Source: Leptogorgia sarmentosa (Eukaryota). From it: a stretch of DNA of 64,000 bases. The notes under the pieces are model-generated. The model was not told the origin of the DNA. It made no database searches and was given only the letters and a program-made list of their open reading frames with translations. A program made the translations under genes and the position numbers. The stretch spans positions 23,312,001 to 23,376,000 of the forward strand of contig OZ210885.1 of assembly GCA_964658305.1 (NCBI GenBank), read 5' to 3'. Shown piece by piece: positions 1-12,430 of the stretch. The stretch's first letter is position 1, and each line of letters opens with the position of its first letter.

Positions 1-49
1 CACAATTTTCTTCAGCTTGAAGGAAATTTTTGATGCTGTGATTCATCAA

Positions 50-1010
50 CTCAGATTTGCTAGGGCAAGGTTGACTCTTCTTCTCTTTCACTTTGTAGTA
101 TGATTGAGATTTCATATCCATTTTTTCGAGCATTGACAATTCAACTTCCAATTTCCTTTTCTTTGTTTTCAAACTTGATACTTCTTTACATATTGAAGAC
201 GCTGTTTAATATTGCTTTACATTGGCAAACTTTTCTTGTGACTGTTCAGCATACAGTATTTGGGTAGTTAAGTCCTTGAGATCTTCTTTGACTACCAACA
301 GTCTTTTTCCTCTCAGTTCACTTGAATAACGTGTGTCGCGTTCTCTATACGTCACGAGACTTGCTGACGCACAAAGTTTGCATGTAATAATGGTTCACAA
401 ACAACGTGCAGACTGACTTCAATTGTTCGCTTTATTCAGCACAACACAGATATAAACAAACAGTAAAAACTGGGAAATAAACAATGACATTTACATAAAT
501 TAAGGCTGTAAATAGACCTAAAGACTTCAATGATTGTCCCAGATACTTACTTCTGATTTTCAGTTAAACTACTTTTAAAAAAATGCTAACTTGAAGACAG
601 AATATCCCGTATACGTAAATTTTAAGACCAAATACGTACGTTCAACGTTTATGAGCCCGCCCGTCGTACATACATACACTTATTACTTCATGCAATAGTA
701 ATCGAACAATATCAACTAATAACTATATACTACAAAAGTACTGAACGTCACAACGTGGTCGTTTGGGAGCAGAGGTGCTAGAAGATGTTGCACATATACC
801 AAAAGACTTAGAGCGAGATGTTTTCTTCTTGTACTGGTAGCCATCTTCATGCACTTTTCTTCTTGCTGCTTCAAGAAGCTTTCCACGATTATCAATCAGA
901 GAGCCATCATCCAGGACCAATTCATATGATGCCTGATTGATAGCATTCTCATATGGTGTTAAAGAAACAGGGTTTTCTTTGCCATAGATTCTGCTTTGCT
1001 GCTTTAGTTC
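50..1010 (-). pseudogene. Degenerate spliced gene fragment, unknown product (probably transposon-associated)
   Basis: Minus-strand coding-like stretches: ...SRIYGKENPVSLTPYENAINQASYELVLDDGSLIDNRGKLLEAARRKVHEDGYQYKKKTSRSKSFG (about 760-1005) and a coiled-coil-like segment at about 50-290 containing a stop codon. The IS3EU insertion at 1090 lies just upstream. Confidence 0.3.
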
Positions 1011-1449
1011 TTGTTCTCATTGTTATTTCAACTTGACTGGTGTTATCCTCTGCCAAAGTCTAAAACAAAATATATATCCTGACAATGTGTATGAAGGGTT
1101 ATTAGGGTCATAATTAAATATTAAGTGATGTTCTTGTTTGCTCGAGTTTTCTGTTTTCAAACCGGCCGAATATAATTTGAAGATAACGAATACAAAGCGA
1201 TAATGGCAGAAAAGATTTCACCATAATCTGAATATAATTCGAAGACTTTCAAATTATGTTCGGCTAATGGCCTGGAACCTCACGGCCAAACCAGACCGCG
1301 TAAATTTCCCGCCATTTCAACATGGCGGATAGGGGAGTTAAAATTTGGGAAGGTAAACCTAGTGGCGGAGAAGTAAACATCGGAAATAAAGCAAACAAAA
1401 TAATTTATGGCCTGGAACCAACCCGCCCTTTTTAATCGTAATGCACAAT

Positions 1450-3075
1450 ATGGCAGACGAATCAATTGCAGTAGAGTTGGGAAAGCGCGTGAATGAAATA
1501 ATTCGCTTAGTGGAGCAGAGATATTTTTGTGACGAAGATTTGATACAATTTCATCTTGATTGGTTGTGCAATGCCATAGTTCGTTATATAGATCAAATTC
1601 CTTCCGGGGAAGCAGTCTTGAACCTTGTATGTGAAGCAGCGGAGCTGTTTATAACAACTAGAGACAGTAATTTAGATCTGAATGCCCCATTTCCCGCTGA
1701 TGTTGTATTTACCAGCAGACGAGGAAGGCCACGCTTGCTTGTGACCAAGGAGCAGCTAGAATTTCTTTTGGATCTTCGATTTACATCTGGTGAGATTGCA
1801 CTGATGTTTGGAGTAAGTGAAAGCACCGTTAAGCGACGAATTAGCGAAAATGACTTGTTTGTCAGGCAAAGGTACTCTGAAATATCTCGAGAAAGTTTAG
1901 ACAGTATGGTTAGACAATTGATGGTAGATTTCCCTAACTGTGGGTACAAGAGAATCACTGGTCTTGTTAGATGCTGGTTATCGAATTCAACAACAGCGAA
2001 TCATAGAGTATATGAGAAGAGTGAACCCCGAAGGTGTCCTACTGAGAAACCTTGAGCTACAAGCCATCCGCCGAAGAAATTACCAAGTCAGTGGTCCACT
2101 TGCCTTATGGCATGTTGATGGTAATCATAAATTGATAAGGTGCTGTACTCCTGTAACTTACTTTGTTCTAGTGCTCCTAAAAGTAGTCTTAATATTTTTT
2201 ACTTACTCAATTCAGATGGATGCTTGTAGTTCATGGTGGGATTGATGGCTACTCTAGGATGATAGTCTATTTAAGATGCAGTACAAACAACTTGGCAACC
2301 ACAGTTTATGATTGTTTCTTGTCAGCAGTAAGGAATTTTGGGCTACCATTAAGAGTACGATCAGACAAGGGGACAGAGAATGTGGATATAGCATTTCATA
2401 TGCTTAGTCATCCACTTAGGGGCCCTGACCGAGGAAGCCATATTTGTGGCCGCAGCGTTCATAACCAAAGGATTGAACGCCTTTGGAGGGATGTTTTCTC
2501 TGGATGTCTCCATGTGTTTTACCGTCTTTTTTATGAAATGGAGGAATGTGGAATGCTTGATGTGTCAAATGAGCTTCATTTATTTGCTCTTCACTTTGTA
2601 TTAATTTTACAAACTCACATGCAGGAGCTAATTTGAAATAAGAACTTTATGAAATAGTGCAATGAGCAGTATTCCAGTCCTGTTCAATTAAAATTTGTCA
2701 CGATCAATATTATTCCTCACCATCATAATCTCTCATTTCTAATACCTGCTTTCTGCTGATGCATACTGTAACTACCTTGTAATAAAGATGTCAGTTGGAT
2801 TAACAAATTGCATATTTTGCATATATAATTGATCATATTTTTATAGTGCAAATAATTTGTTTCAGGGTGACAATTATGGGATAGACTGGGATGGGCCAGC
2901 AACAGATATGCAAACAACTGATTGTCCTGAAGTAGTAGTTCCTTTCACCACCAATCCTCTTCAGCAAGCTGATTTTGCACTGCTGAAAACTGCCATTGAC
3001 CCCTTATGCAACAGTGATGAATATGGAGTAGACATATATCTTGAAGTACTAACTTTTTGTGAGCAACATATTTAA
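1450..3075 (+). pseudogene. rve/IS3-like DDE transposase of unit 1 (frameshifted, spliced)
   Basis: N-terminal HTH (GRPR...EIALMFGVSESTVKRR). Catalytic motifs [25 protein letters not shown] and [19 protein letters not shown] intron at about 2140-2215, frameshift near 1965, deletion near 2600, last exon about 2866-3075. Confidence 0.85.
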
Positions 3076-3954
3076 AATTTGTAATAATTCCTTTCAAAGT
3101 TTGCAGACAAAACAGGTTTTTTAATATCAACATACTACAGTAAGATAAAATTTTACAATAATGGTAAGATCTGAATCTGATTTTTAAATACTAAACAGTA
3201 AAATGGATGTAGTAGCTGATCTAAGTAGTAGATAGGTTGATGTTTAACCTTTTATTAATTTGTTTCCAGTTCTTTTTGACAGTGTTCCAGAATTGAGTGA
3301 ATACCTTATTGTAGTTCTTTTTGCAACAGTTAACATAAATCTAGGTTATTGTAAAATAGTGATTATATACTTGTATAGTACACTATGTAATAGTATATTG
3401 AGTGTGTACTTGTGTCCACTGAGGCACAATTTATCTGAACAATAACTTGAACTTAGCATAAACATTTTTCCGAGCTTGCAACTAAGGGAAATGTATGAGC
3501 TTTAAAAACCAGAAGCAAATGAACAGGATGCATGCCGTAATGAGGTCATCATTGCTTTGTTAAATTCTTCTTTGTCAGTATGGTTAACAGGGAGAAGGAT
3601 TGTATTAAAGCAAGCATTTGCATCTGGAAGGCTCTTGTTGGGATCCAAAAACTAAACAGATATTTTCTTTTCGAGACCAGTTGGTGGGATGTGTAGATGT
3701 GTGGTAATAAATTTCAGAAGCAGATTTAATACAGGAATATTGGCATCTAATGCTGGGATGTTTTCTAAAGAAATTACAGGGTACAATTAATTTTTTTAAA
3801 TGCTCACAGTTCATACAGCAATGCAATAAAGTTTGCAAAAATAGTAACAGCTGCATATATAATGTTCATGTAAATTTACCTGTAAGATTACCATAATCCT
3901 TAATAAATTCTGTAAACCATGCATACACTTTCTGTCTGTTCTTTGCTGAGATAT

Positions 3955-4492
3955 GTTGGGGGCTTCATTGTGGGCTTGATTTTAGATTTCTTGACGGCTT
4001 CGTTTGGATCGCGTGAGGGTTTCGAACTTCGCTGGACAGTAGACTATTTCAGATCAGTGTCTCGGTAGATTTTAATTATTTCGAGATATCAATTCGGTTA
4101 CTAGAGTAGGAAAATGAACTATGATAAATTTATGGCTAAACATTAGGATATATAAAGGTTATATGACTATACTATAATGTACGTAGCGTTCGTGATGCTA
4201 ACATCTGTTCCTTAATTTGTGGTATATTTTAAATTCGCTAACGGATTGAACAATATCTATATTGAGGCTTACTTTGATCTCCTCTCTGTCTTCTTTAAAT
4301 TGATGAGCCAATAGTTCAGTAGAAATTGAGGTTTTGTATTTATGATATATCTTAACGTTCGCTCTGTTCACTCTGATCGTAATCTGCCTAATCTCCTCCT
4401 TTCCCCCCTCGTCACGAATCTCTCAACAATGTGTCTGTTGTGTTCACTGTTCGGTGCTATATTAAGTATTTAAGAGTTGATTCAAACTAACA
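3955..4492. mobile_element. Unclassified insertion in a HECT exon, possibly an LTR fragment
   Basis: Non-coding block with TGTT...AACA ends that interrupts the HECT reading frame between ..LVNV and ..QKVYAWF. No TSD is visible. Confidence 0.35.
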
Positions 4493-4828
4493 TTCACAAG
4501 GCTCATGAGGTCATCAGATTGCAAATGTGTTGGCTTTCCACTTTCAGTTACAAAAACCTCTTTCCATAAATCAGGTTCTTGATTTATTAATTTGATAAGT
4601 CCGAAGTAATCAAGTCCATCTCTAAAGTTTATTAGTAAATCCATTCTCTTTCCAATGAGCTCCTCAACTAATATATATGTTATGAAATCTTGTTTAGATG
4701 TTAAATTCAATGCTCTGGAAGCAGGCCATCCTGATCGGTCAACAATGGTACTATATTCTGGAACATCACAGAGATTGTTAAGGTCATTCTCGCTTTGAAC
4801 AGATTCAATCTAAAAAAACAGCCACATA

Positions 4829-6393
4829 CAGTATGAACTACGCTAATACTTAAATCTGACTTGTTAAACAATACGTTCAATAGACAAGCTCTAGACGCAG
4901 AAATCTCAACCATCTTTAATGAACAACACTATAAAGCCACAAAGGTTAAAGATTAAAAAGGTTAAACACTTGAACTACACATGATATATTCATGGTAGTA
5001 GTATAGTCCATTTTCCTTTGAACCACACTATTAGTTTACAAGGAGGTGAAACACGTTTTTTTGAGAGGGAATGAACGAAATGATTGATCACATGTTTCGA
5101 ACCTCGAATAAATACATGTTTACAAGCTTGCTTCCAGTCAACCCACACAAATTTCGGAAATAACATGATGGGAGTCGTAGAGGGAAGTCATTTTTTTATG
5201 TACCCCCCCTGATGTCTGATTACGTCAATCAGCCTATCATTTACAGAATCTGTAAGTTTTTTCACAGTTGATGGTGGTATACCAGCAGATTCTTTTTGAA
5301 TAGCTTCCCATAACTTGTGTAATGTGGAAAACTGCTTCCATCTGCATAAACTCTTTGCTTGATTATTGCCCATAAGTTCTCGATTGGATTTAAATCTGGT
5401 GAATTTGGCGGCCAAACCATTAGCGCTTTGTCCTTAAAACCAATTTTCTCCAGGAATTTAGTTGTTGCTTTGGCAGCATGAGATGGTGCATTGTCATGCA
5501 TGAACACAACCTTCTTCAATTGCGATAATGGTACCTCTTCCAGCCATGGACCGAGTATGTTGTTCAGGAACTGACAGTACGGTAGCTGAAGTAAGTTTTA
5601 CCCCTTGTGGAACGCGTACAGTACCAATAAGCTCATCACCGATAATTCCTGCCCATATCATCACTCCCCCGCCTCCTTGCTGACGTCTTCTTCGCACTGG
5701 TGCTTCATCACCATTTATGACCCATCCTTTTGCCCATCCATCTGGGCCGTCCAAAGTAGCTCGTGATTCGTCGGTGAAAAGGACGTACTTCATATCACAT
5801 TTCATATATTTTTGTGTCTTGATGAGAGCGGAGGCCTTTTTGAAGAAGCTTTGTGTTTTGCAATCTGGCCCAGTATCCTGTTTCGTGTGGTTTTTGGAAT
5901 GGCTGTTGAACCAGACTGCTCGAAAATCCTTTTGCTGATTGCTCCAGGTGCTTTTCTTAAATTTCTTTTCAAAGTTCTGAGGTATCGCTTTGTTGCTGAC
6001 TTAAGAATGCCACGATCAGAACGAGTCTTCCTCTTCTTTATGGGATCGTGTAAAAACCGTTTTACTGTCACTAAATGGCGACTGATTTTCTTTGCAATAT
6101 CTTCCAATGAGGTTGATGTGGCTAGTAATTTTATGATCTGCTTTTTTTCTTCGTCATTGAGATCTTTACCTCTTCCCATCGTGGTAATTAATGAGTACAA
6201 CTAATATTGTGGCCCACCCTTTATATACGAATAGGTGCTATCTCCTTACTCACATGACTTTTACAAATGTAAACATTTGGATGGTGTTTCCACAGCCTTG
6301 CTTGCAATTTAGGAATTCCTTGCCAATTGTGCATGCTTATTAAGGAGATGTAGAACACGAATTTCTGCTCAACTAATAGCTTGGTTCATACTG
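4829..6393 (-). mobile_element. Tc1/mariner element, DD37E (TRT-like), inserted in a HECT intron
   Basis: Imperfect TIR CAGTATGAAC(T/C)A(C/A)GCTA.TA.TT at both ends, with TA on both flanks. Confidence 0.85.
5188..6200 (-). pseudogene. Tc1-like transposase, DD37E, frameshifted
   Basis: [41 protein letters not shown]...[11 protein letters not shown] with 37 residues between D and E (counted). Split over four ORFs. Confidence 0.9.
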
Positions 6394-8089
6394 TAGAATT
6401 ACTTTTTTAGCAATGCAGATTCGTACTGTAGCTACCAGTAACCAAACTTACACACTTCATTAATGCAAGCAGTGTCTGGGTCTGTGGAGTTTCAGGCAGG
6501 TCTTCAAATGTGATATAAGCTGCTGCATGTTCTTTTTCACCAGAAATCAAGACGTAGTACACATAAGGGGCTAAGAAAGGCATTCCAGGACCATTTTGCG
6601 GTAAGGAATGGGCAACCATTATACCACCCATCCTGATGAGGTGAACATTTTCCCAGCTGTACACTGGGATTCTTCTGTCTTGTTTGCCTTCAAACAAGTG
6701 TGTATTAACAGCCCGTACCAGATCAGAAAAAAATTCCAACCGAAGTGCCCCAGCGTCAACTGCATCTTCGAACCCATCAAACATGACATTCAATTTGCGG
6801 TACAACTGCTCCTTTGGGGTGCTCCCATAAAACATCAGCGATGTTTTCCATAAAATGGATCTGTCTACATTGATAATTTTGCATCTTTCAGTGTCAACAC
6901 ATTTCTGGTATCTATTCATGGCTTCTTTTATGGTAAGATCCACATCCATACTGCTGACAACACAGGTATCTATTAAAACATTGATTTTAGAATACAGTTA
7001 TAATTAATTTATTAAAAAATTCACCTTACAGCATATGCAATGTAATTTCTAGGATAGCTAAATCCGATATTAATCATTGTTAAGCGTTTTGAAATTAATT
7101 CTAGCATTGTAATGTGGGCATCAACCAGACTCCAAAACTATATAATGTAACAGCTCAAATTTACTGATCATTTCTGTTCTTTATATAAAGTATATCATGT
7201 TATTCAAGTACCTTCCTCATCTTGTTTTAGAACTTTGGTTACAGCCTCTTCAATGTCATAATCACTTTTTTCAAGGGCATTTAACAGCTCCTCCTCGCTA
7301 TTATCAGGAAAAATGTCTCTCAATGTGTTTGACAATTTACTGAATTCTGAACTTTGTCTTTCGGTCCAAACTATGTGAAGGATGTAGTTGGGATTCGTTG
7401 GTAGTTGAAATGGACCTTTTCACAATGGCTTCTAGTTTAACAAATGATTTACCTTGTATATTTTTCAAAATTTTAAACAAAACTCCTTTATGATGCATTT
7501 TAAAAAGTTTATGTTGCAGTTAACTTCAGTTCGACTGCAAGTATTCAGTAAACATTTCCTTGTCAATTAAAAAAAAATTAAAATGGTGCTAAATGTCTGT
7601 AATTTATCTTTAAGTTTTTCCCTAACTTCCAAACCAACCACAAAGATCACCAGACTGAGTATCTTTTAATGTTGCCTAAAATTCTAAAACTCCATTTCCA
7701 ATTAGTACCCATGTAACTAAAAAACCTCACCTTAGGTAAAGGACTCCTATCTATCTCGTTGTAAAGGTCTTATATATGCAAGTGCTTGTCCTAGTCCAGA
7801 ACAGTCTCTCAAAAAAGGCACTGAATAACCAGTGGTTGGTGGAGGTATAACAGACAGGAGGTTGTTACCTCCTTCGCGACCAGTTTTCAAAATTACAAAA
7901 CCACCACCAGTTTTCAGCTTGGGGAATTCCTCTTCAAGTTTTTCCCGAATATCTGTGAATTTTGCCTTAGAATGAAAACATATCTTCTTTCTTCCCAAAC
8001 CACACTCCTGTAGCTCGAATTTTTCAGCTCTCGAAGGCGCTTTCTCCTGTGTTTTCAACACCAAGCAAAAAAATTCATGGGTCCTTCGC

Positions 8090-9287
8090 ATGTCGATGTA
8101 CAATTTGGTCGATCTTCTGGTCACCAGTTGATGGAGAGACGCTGTGTACATGGATACTGATTAACCCGAGCTCTTGCGCTGTCGAGGATGATATTAAGTT
8201 CCCACTATCCTCTTTACTGCACACAGTCACGCGAACTTGTGGGGTTTGTTTATTACGCACATTGTATAGATAGTCCTCACCATCGGTATTACTGTCCGAA
8301 TTCCCGTTGGGCGTGAGAGGATTTATAGGTCGTTTCCCCGTACTCTTACTGTGTCGTTGAGGATATTCTCGTTTGGGGGTTTCTCGTTGCTTCGTTCCCC
8401 GACATACCTTCGAAAAATGGTTACTTTTTCTGCATTTTCGACAACTCTTCCCCTTCGCTGGACAGCTGCCATGATGGGGGTATGCACCACCACAGGAATA
8501 ACACTTGCGCGTCGACTGAACCGGTGCCAGGCGATCATCAGTTTGACCCTTTGATTCGATGTTGCGCGCTTGATAGCTGCTTTGTTCATCCCGGCGATGG
8601 TCATCAAGAATGTCCCTCAGCGTGTAGTCAGGATCTCACAAGGCTTTTTTGCGTATGCGCGACGATGTTCCAGCCATGATAATTTGCTGTTCTACTTCGA
8701 AGTCGGCATCGTTGAAGGCACAGGTTTGAGCTAATTTGCGTAGGCGGGTGTGAAACTGATCGAGGGTCTCAGTGTTGCCTTGTTTTGCCTCTCGGAATTT
8801 ATAAACCTCATAACGGCGATTGTTTTGAGGTTCGAAGTACGTAGTAAGCTTGGTTTTAGCAAGCTCATAATCGGCGGCTTCGCCCGTCTCGGTTTGACTG
8901 CCTAAAAATATCACAGACTCGTGGACCGACTTGGTAAAGAAGCAATGCTCGCTTCCGTGTCGTATCTTGAATGCCACTAGCGAGTAAAAACATTTCAAAA
9001 TCATCGACCCATGTATGCCACCGAGTTGCTAAGCTGGCGCCAAGCTCGGCATAGGGATTAAATTCTGAGACCGGTTGTATGGAAATCGACGACGATATCG
9101 TCTGTGTATTTGTACCAGCTGTCTGAGCTGTTGTTTCTGTCATCCTCGTCGCCAATGTAATATTCTTCAATACGAATATGTATTTACTTTTATTCTTAAA
9201 ACAAACTATATCTTCTTATACTTTATGCCCACTCTATTTTCGTTGTTCTGTCTATATCTGTCTCGTGTTCTCTTTCATAACAAAACA
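8090..9287 (-). mobile_element. Truncated Ty3/Gypsy element: 5' LTR, PBS, gag and start of protease
   Basis: The LTR end ..TTACA is followed by PBS TGGCGACGAG (about 9145-9154 on the minus strand). Gag motifs RKRALLLY and YEVYKFREAKQ..ETLDQFHTRLRKLAQTC, plus a zinc-knuckle region at about 8390-8480. Truncated at about 8090. Confidence 0.8.
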
Positions 9288-9335
9288 TGAACTATTATCG
9301 GTTAGTCCGTCATGACGTCACCAGTGACGAAATAG

Positions 9336-9629
9336 AATTTAGATTAAACGAGACCTATAACTTGAAGTTTGAGCATGATTCTATGAGTTACTGGTGGGAG
9401 TGCGGAGTCACAAGCCTGACCCTATTCCGTATTTGAATACAATTGTCATAACGGTAATTAAAGGAAATTGATCATGGCCCACCCTATCTCTCATGGGTGA
9501 CCATTAGTCAGCTTTCAAAACTGATGTGAGCAGGCGCGTGCTATCTCTTGTGACTCCGCACTCCCACCAGTAACTCATAGAATCATGCTCAAACTTCAAC
9601 TTACAGGTAAGTCTCGTTTAATCTAAATT
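9336..9629 (+). mobile_element. Orphan DIRS-type terminal inverted-repeat hairpin
   Basis: Inverted arms of about 80 bp (9336-9414 and 9547-9629). They share the ATTAAACGAGAC and TTGAAGTTTGA motifs with the DIRS terminus at 62229-62490. Confidence 0.65.
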
Positions 9630-9960
9630 ATGACCCTAATAACCCTTCATAAATGTGTAGTAGTACAAGCTGATCAACTTTCTGCATTATTCAATTTCTA
9701 GGATACATCCAAATTTTGTATATAGAATTCTTCCAATATGAAATTTTGCAATATGAAAACAATTGTCGATACACCAATTACAAAGGGACTTGGTAATGAC
9801 TAATGTCTAGTTATTGATTGAAGTCTTTCTGGAAATATTCTAAATCCTAAAGATTGAGTACACAAGGAATGGCTTGTCCATAAATGAGTCTAACATTGAG
9901 ATGCTCAGTTGGTAAGTTGTTACCCATCAATCAACAAACTGATTCACTACTAGAAATTGT

Positions 9961-10200
9961 CGGTCATATTAAATACCATCAACAAGCAGGCAAATACCAT
10001 CAACAAGCAAAAAATTCCGTAAATTCATATATCTAAACATGTTTAAATCTTAGCTTTAGGGTTTGGATTGGTTTTATATTTTGGGTTAGGGTTAGTTTCA
10101 GGTTGATTTAGTGCATGGTATGGTATTTGTCATTTTGTTGACAGTATTTATCGACCTGTTGACGGTAGTTGACGGTTGTTGACGGTATTTAGCATGACCC
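9961..10200. mobile_element. MITE with 8-bp TSD and an internal GGGTTAGGGTTAG motif
   Basis: Ends CGGTCAT..AAATACC and GGTATTT..ATGACCC. TSD GAAATTGT at 9953-9960 and 10201-10208. Confidence 0.75.
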
Positions 10201-10648
10201 GAAATTGTTATTCACATTCCACTTCATTGTATTTTTAACATGATGTTATTAGTCAAATTATTCTCTCTCATTTTGCCTACAATAACTTTTTGCTTTATCA
10301 TGAAAAATGAACCGCCGTGTAGCCATTCTGGCCTAGGCTAAATGGTGCACAAAACCACTGTACCCTGCGACTAAATTCATCCTTGCTTTACAATTATTTT
10401 ACATTTTTACAGGTATATGTATGGTCCATTATACTGTAACTATTTTTATATTTTAAAAATAATAGATTTCTAAAGAACTGGATATATTATGTACTAACAA
10501 TTTGCATAGCAAAACATTTGATTTGAGTAAATTGCCTATCACATTTGTGAAATTTTTAGATAATTGAAACATGAGAAGAATGTAATATATCTTTATTATG
10601 GAAAATTGGGTCATCATGAGTTTTCAACCCTAAATGCAAATTAACAAC

Positions 10649-11385
10649 TAGGGATCCAAGGATAGTGCAAAGTTTCTAAGGCCTAGGTCAAACAATGTGC
10701 CGAACCTAATGCAAATGAGCTCAAACAAAGAACTTGGCTCATTAACATTAGGTTCGGCACATGAAAAGTTCGGCACATGAAAAGTTCGACGTTTGACCTA
10801 GGCCTTAGAAGGCATTAAAATCATATTTTTTAAAAGAAAACTAAGGAAACATTGTTGACATGATACGAAAAAATAATCACTATTTTATTCTCTGGAAGCA
10901 ACTGCCATCACAGCAGCGCGCATGTAAAGCAAATCAGATAAATCTCTGACCTTTTTAAAAATATACACATCGTACTGAACAAATGATCTTAAATGAGTCA
11001 AATCACAATGTGGCATGCTACCTCTGCGTCTTAATAAAATATCCAGTTTATTCACAGTATCAGCCAACGTTAAATTTTTTTTGTATGCCTATATGTGGTT
11101 TAGTTCTTTTAGTATCGAAAATTCCGTAAATCCCCGGTATTTTCGGGCAAACAAACAGCCCAAGCTTAGTGATGCCGTCGACCAGTGTTGTCGAGTCGGA
11201 GACAGCGAAAACAAACACGAAAGCTATAAATGCGAAAGCTCGCAAATATGTGACGAGTTCTACTGTGTTACACATCTTAGTTTGCCCGCAATGTCGGCCA
11301 ACTAAATTTTTAATATAAATACGCACGGCGGCTGTTAACAGTACTGAGTAGCTATTTTAAATTGTCCATGACAAATACAAGTGTT
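10649..11385 (+). repeat. Dispersed non-autonomous repeat family, copy A (TAGGG start, hAT-like)
   Basis: Near-identical to 33553-34305, and more diverged to 31118-31390 and 56937-57615. It explains the matching ORFs at 11015 and 33858. Confidence 0.75.
10680..10804. mobile_element. Palindromic mini-MITE (GGCCTAGGTC..GACCTAGGCC), PIF/Harbinger-like, nested in copy A
   Basis: TIRs flanked by TAA and TTA. The insertion is absent from copy C, which has the empty site TTTCCAAGAAG at about 31146-31156. Confidence 0.7.
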
Positions 11386-12245
11386 CTACTGATAATGATA
11401 ATAAATTCAAATCTCGAGATTCATTGCTGATATATAAAGAACATTTTAACTGCTTTATCAACGCATTCAAACATGTTGGCCACATTATATTATCATCATA
11501 CTGAATTACTGATTCACGGCCCCACTCTTAGCGTCCGCCATATTGTGTAATTTCATTCTCCAGAAGTGCTGAGTTGCAATTTTTGCAAAAACTGAAATTC
11601 CGGAGGGGCGCCCGCCATTGTGTACTGTATCTGTGCGCTTCTTTGATCACATTTCTCATCTAACTTTCATATCAATGAGAACAACTGGAAATAATGATGA
11701 GCAATGATATGTAACTGCAATCGAATCATTTTTGTTCAAACATTTCAAGGATATCAGTCAAATACCGAGTTTCGCATGTCAGGAGAATTTAGGACGCTCC
11801 CCCCGGAGTTTACACTATGAATGACTACATGACTACATGACTGATGTGAATTTTCACCACTCATCACAATACTGCAAAGTTTCTTTGAAACTTTGCACTA
11901 AAAATGTCATAAAATCAAGTAGGATATTCTGGAAGCTAAATGAGAACATGCCATGGTTATACCACATTTCTAGACTATGATCCCTGTTTCCTCATATTGT
12001 GTAATGCTAGGTTTATGTCACTTGTGGTAAACAGGCAAGGCACATAATCACTAGATTCAATTCCAAGTTGCACTACATTTTTCTCAGGGTATGCCAGGGA
12101 GAAAAATTCTCTAAAATCTCACAATTCATAAAGGTGATAGCCACTTTTAATTAATAGTTGTACATACAAGACATAATTTTTTGTCAGTCATGCCTATATT
12201 TGGCTGGGTATGGGGGTGAGCACTGTTCTGTGGCACTCATTTGTA

Positions 12246-12380
12246 CAGTACTGTGCAAAAGTTATAGGCACCTCGTGAAAAAGCATTTGACGCCATCTTA
12301 TTGTAAACTTATCGTTTAAGTTTACAATAAGAGCCAGTCAAATGCTTTTTCACGAGGTGCCTATAACTTTTGCACAGTAC
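12246..12380. mobile_element. Tc1-like palindromic MITE
   Basis: CAGTACTGTGCAAAAGTTATAGGCACCTCGTGAAAAAGCATTTGAC is inverted at about 12337-12380. TA precedes the left end. Confidence 0.7.
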
Positions 12381-12430
12381 ATTCTGCACTTTGCAAATAC
12401 AGAACGATAATAATTAAAATTTAAAATTAC

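Larger units (their letters stand above)
3502..8085 (-). pseudogene. Multi-exon CUE + HECT-type E3 ubiquitin ligase (G2E3-like HECT), cargo of unit 1
   Basis: Exons: THEFFCL..EKFELQECGLGRKKI..LAYIRPLQRD (7750-8085); CUE-like TLRDIFPDNSEEELLNALEKSDYDIEEAVTKVL (about 7212-7340); HECT N-lobe LNVMFDGFEDAVDAGALRLEFF..GGIMVAHSL..GPG (6450-6950); FRDGLDYFGL (about 4600); C-lobe SLPDANACFNTILLPVNH with the catalytic Cys (about 3575-3640); stop at 3502. The 5' end is lost at the Gypsy junction. Confidence 0.8.
1090..9651 (+). mobile_element. IS3EU-type DNA transposon (unit 1) with transposase and convergent HECT cargo; contains nested Tc1, Gypsy and DIRS pieces
   Basis: Perfect 26-bp TIR TATGAAGGGTTATTAGGGTCATAATT at 1090-1115, inverted at 9626-9651. 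6-bp TSD AATGTG at 1084-1089 and 9652-9657. TAY..RTA termini with a 6-bp TSD match the IS3EU description. Confidence 0.85.

Noticed and set aside
11015..11326. Repeated ORFs (also at 33858 and 57447) suggesting a gene family
   Set aside because: They are chance frames within a non-coding dispersed repeat, and indels between copies do not preserve the frame.
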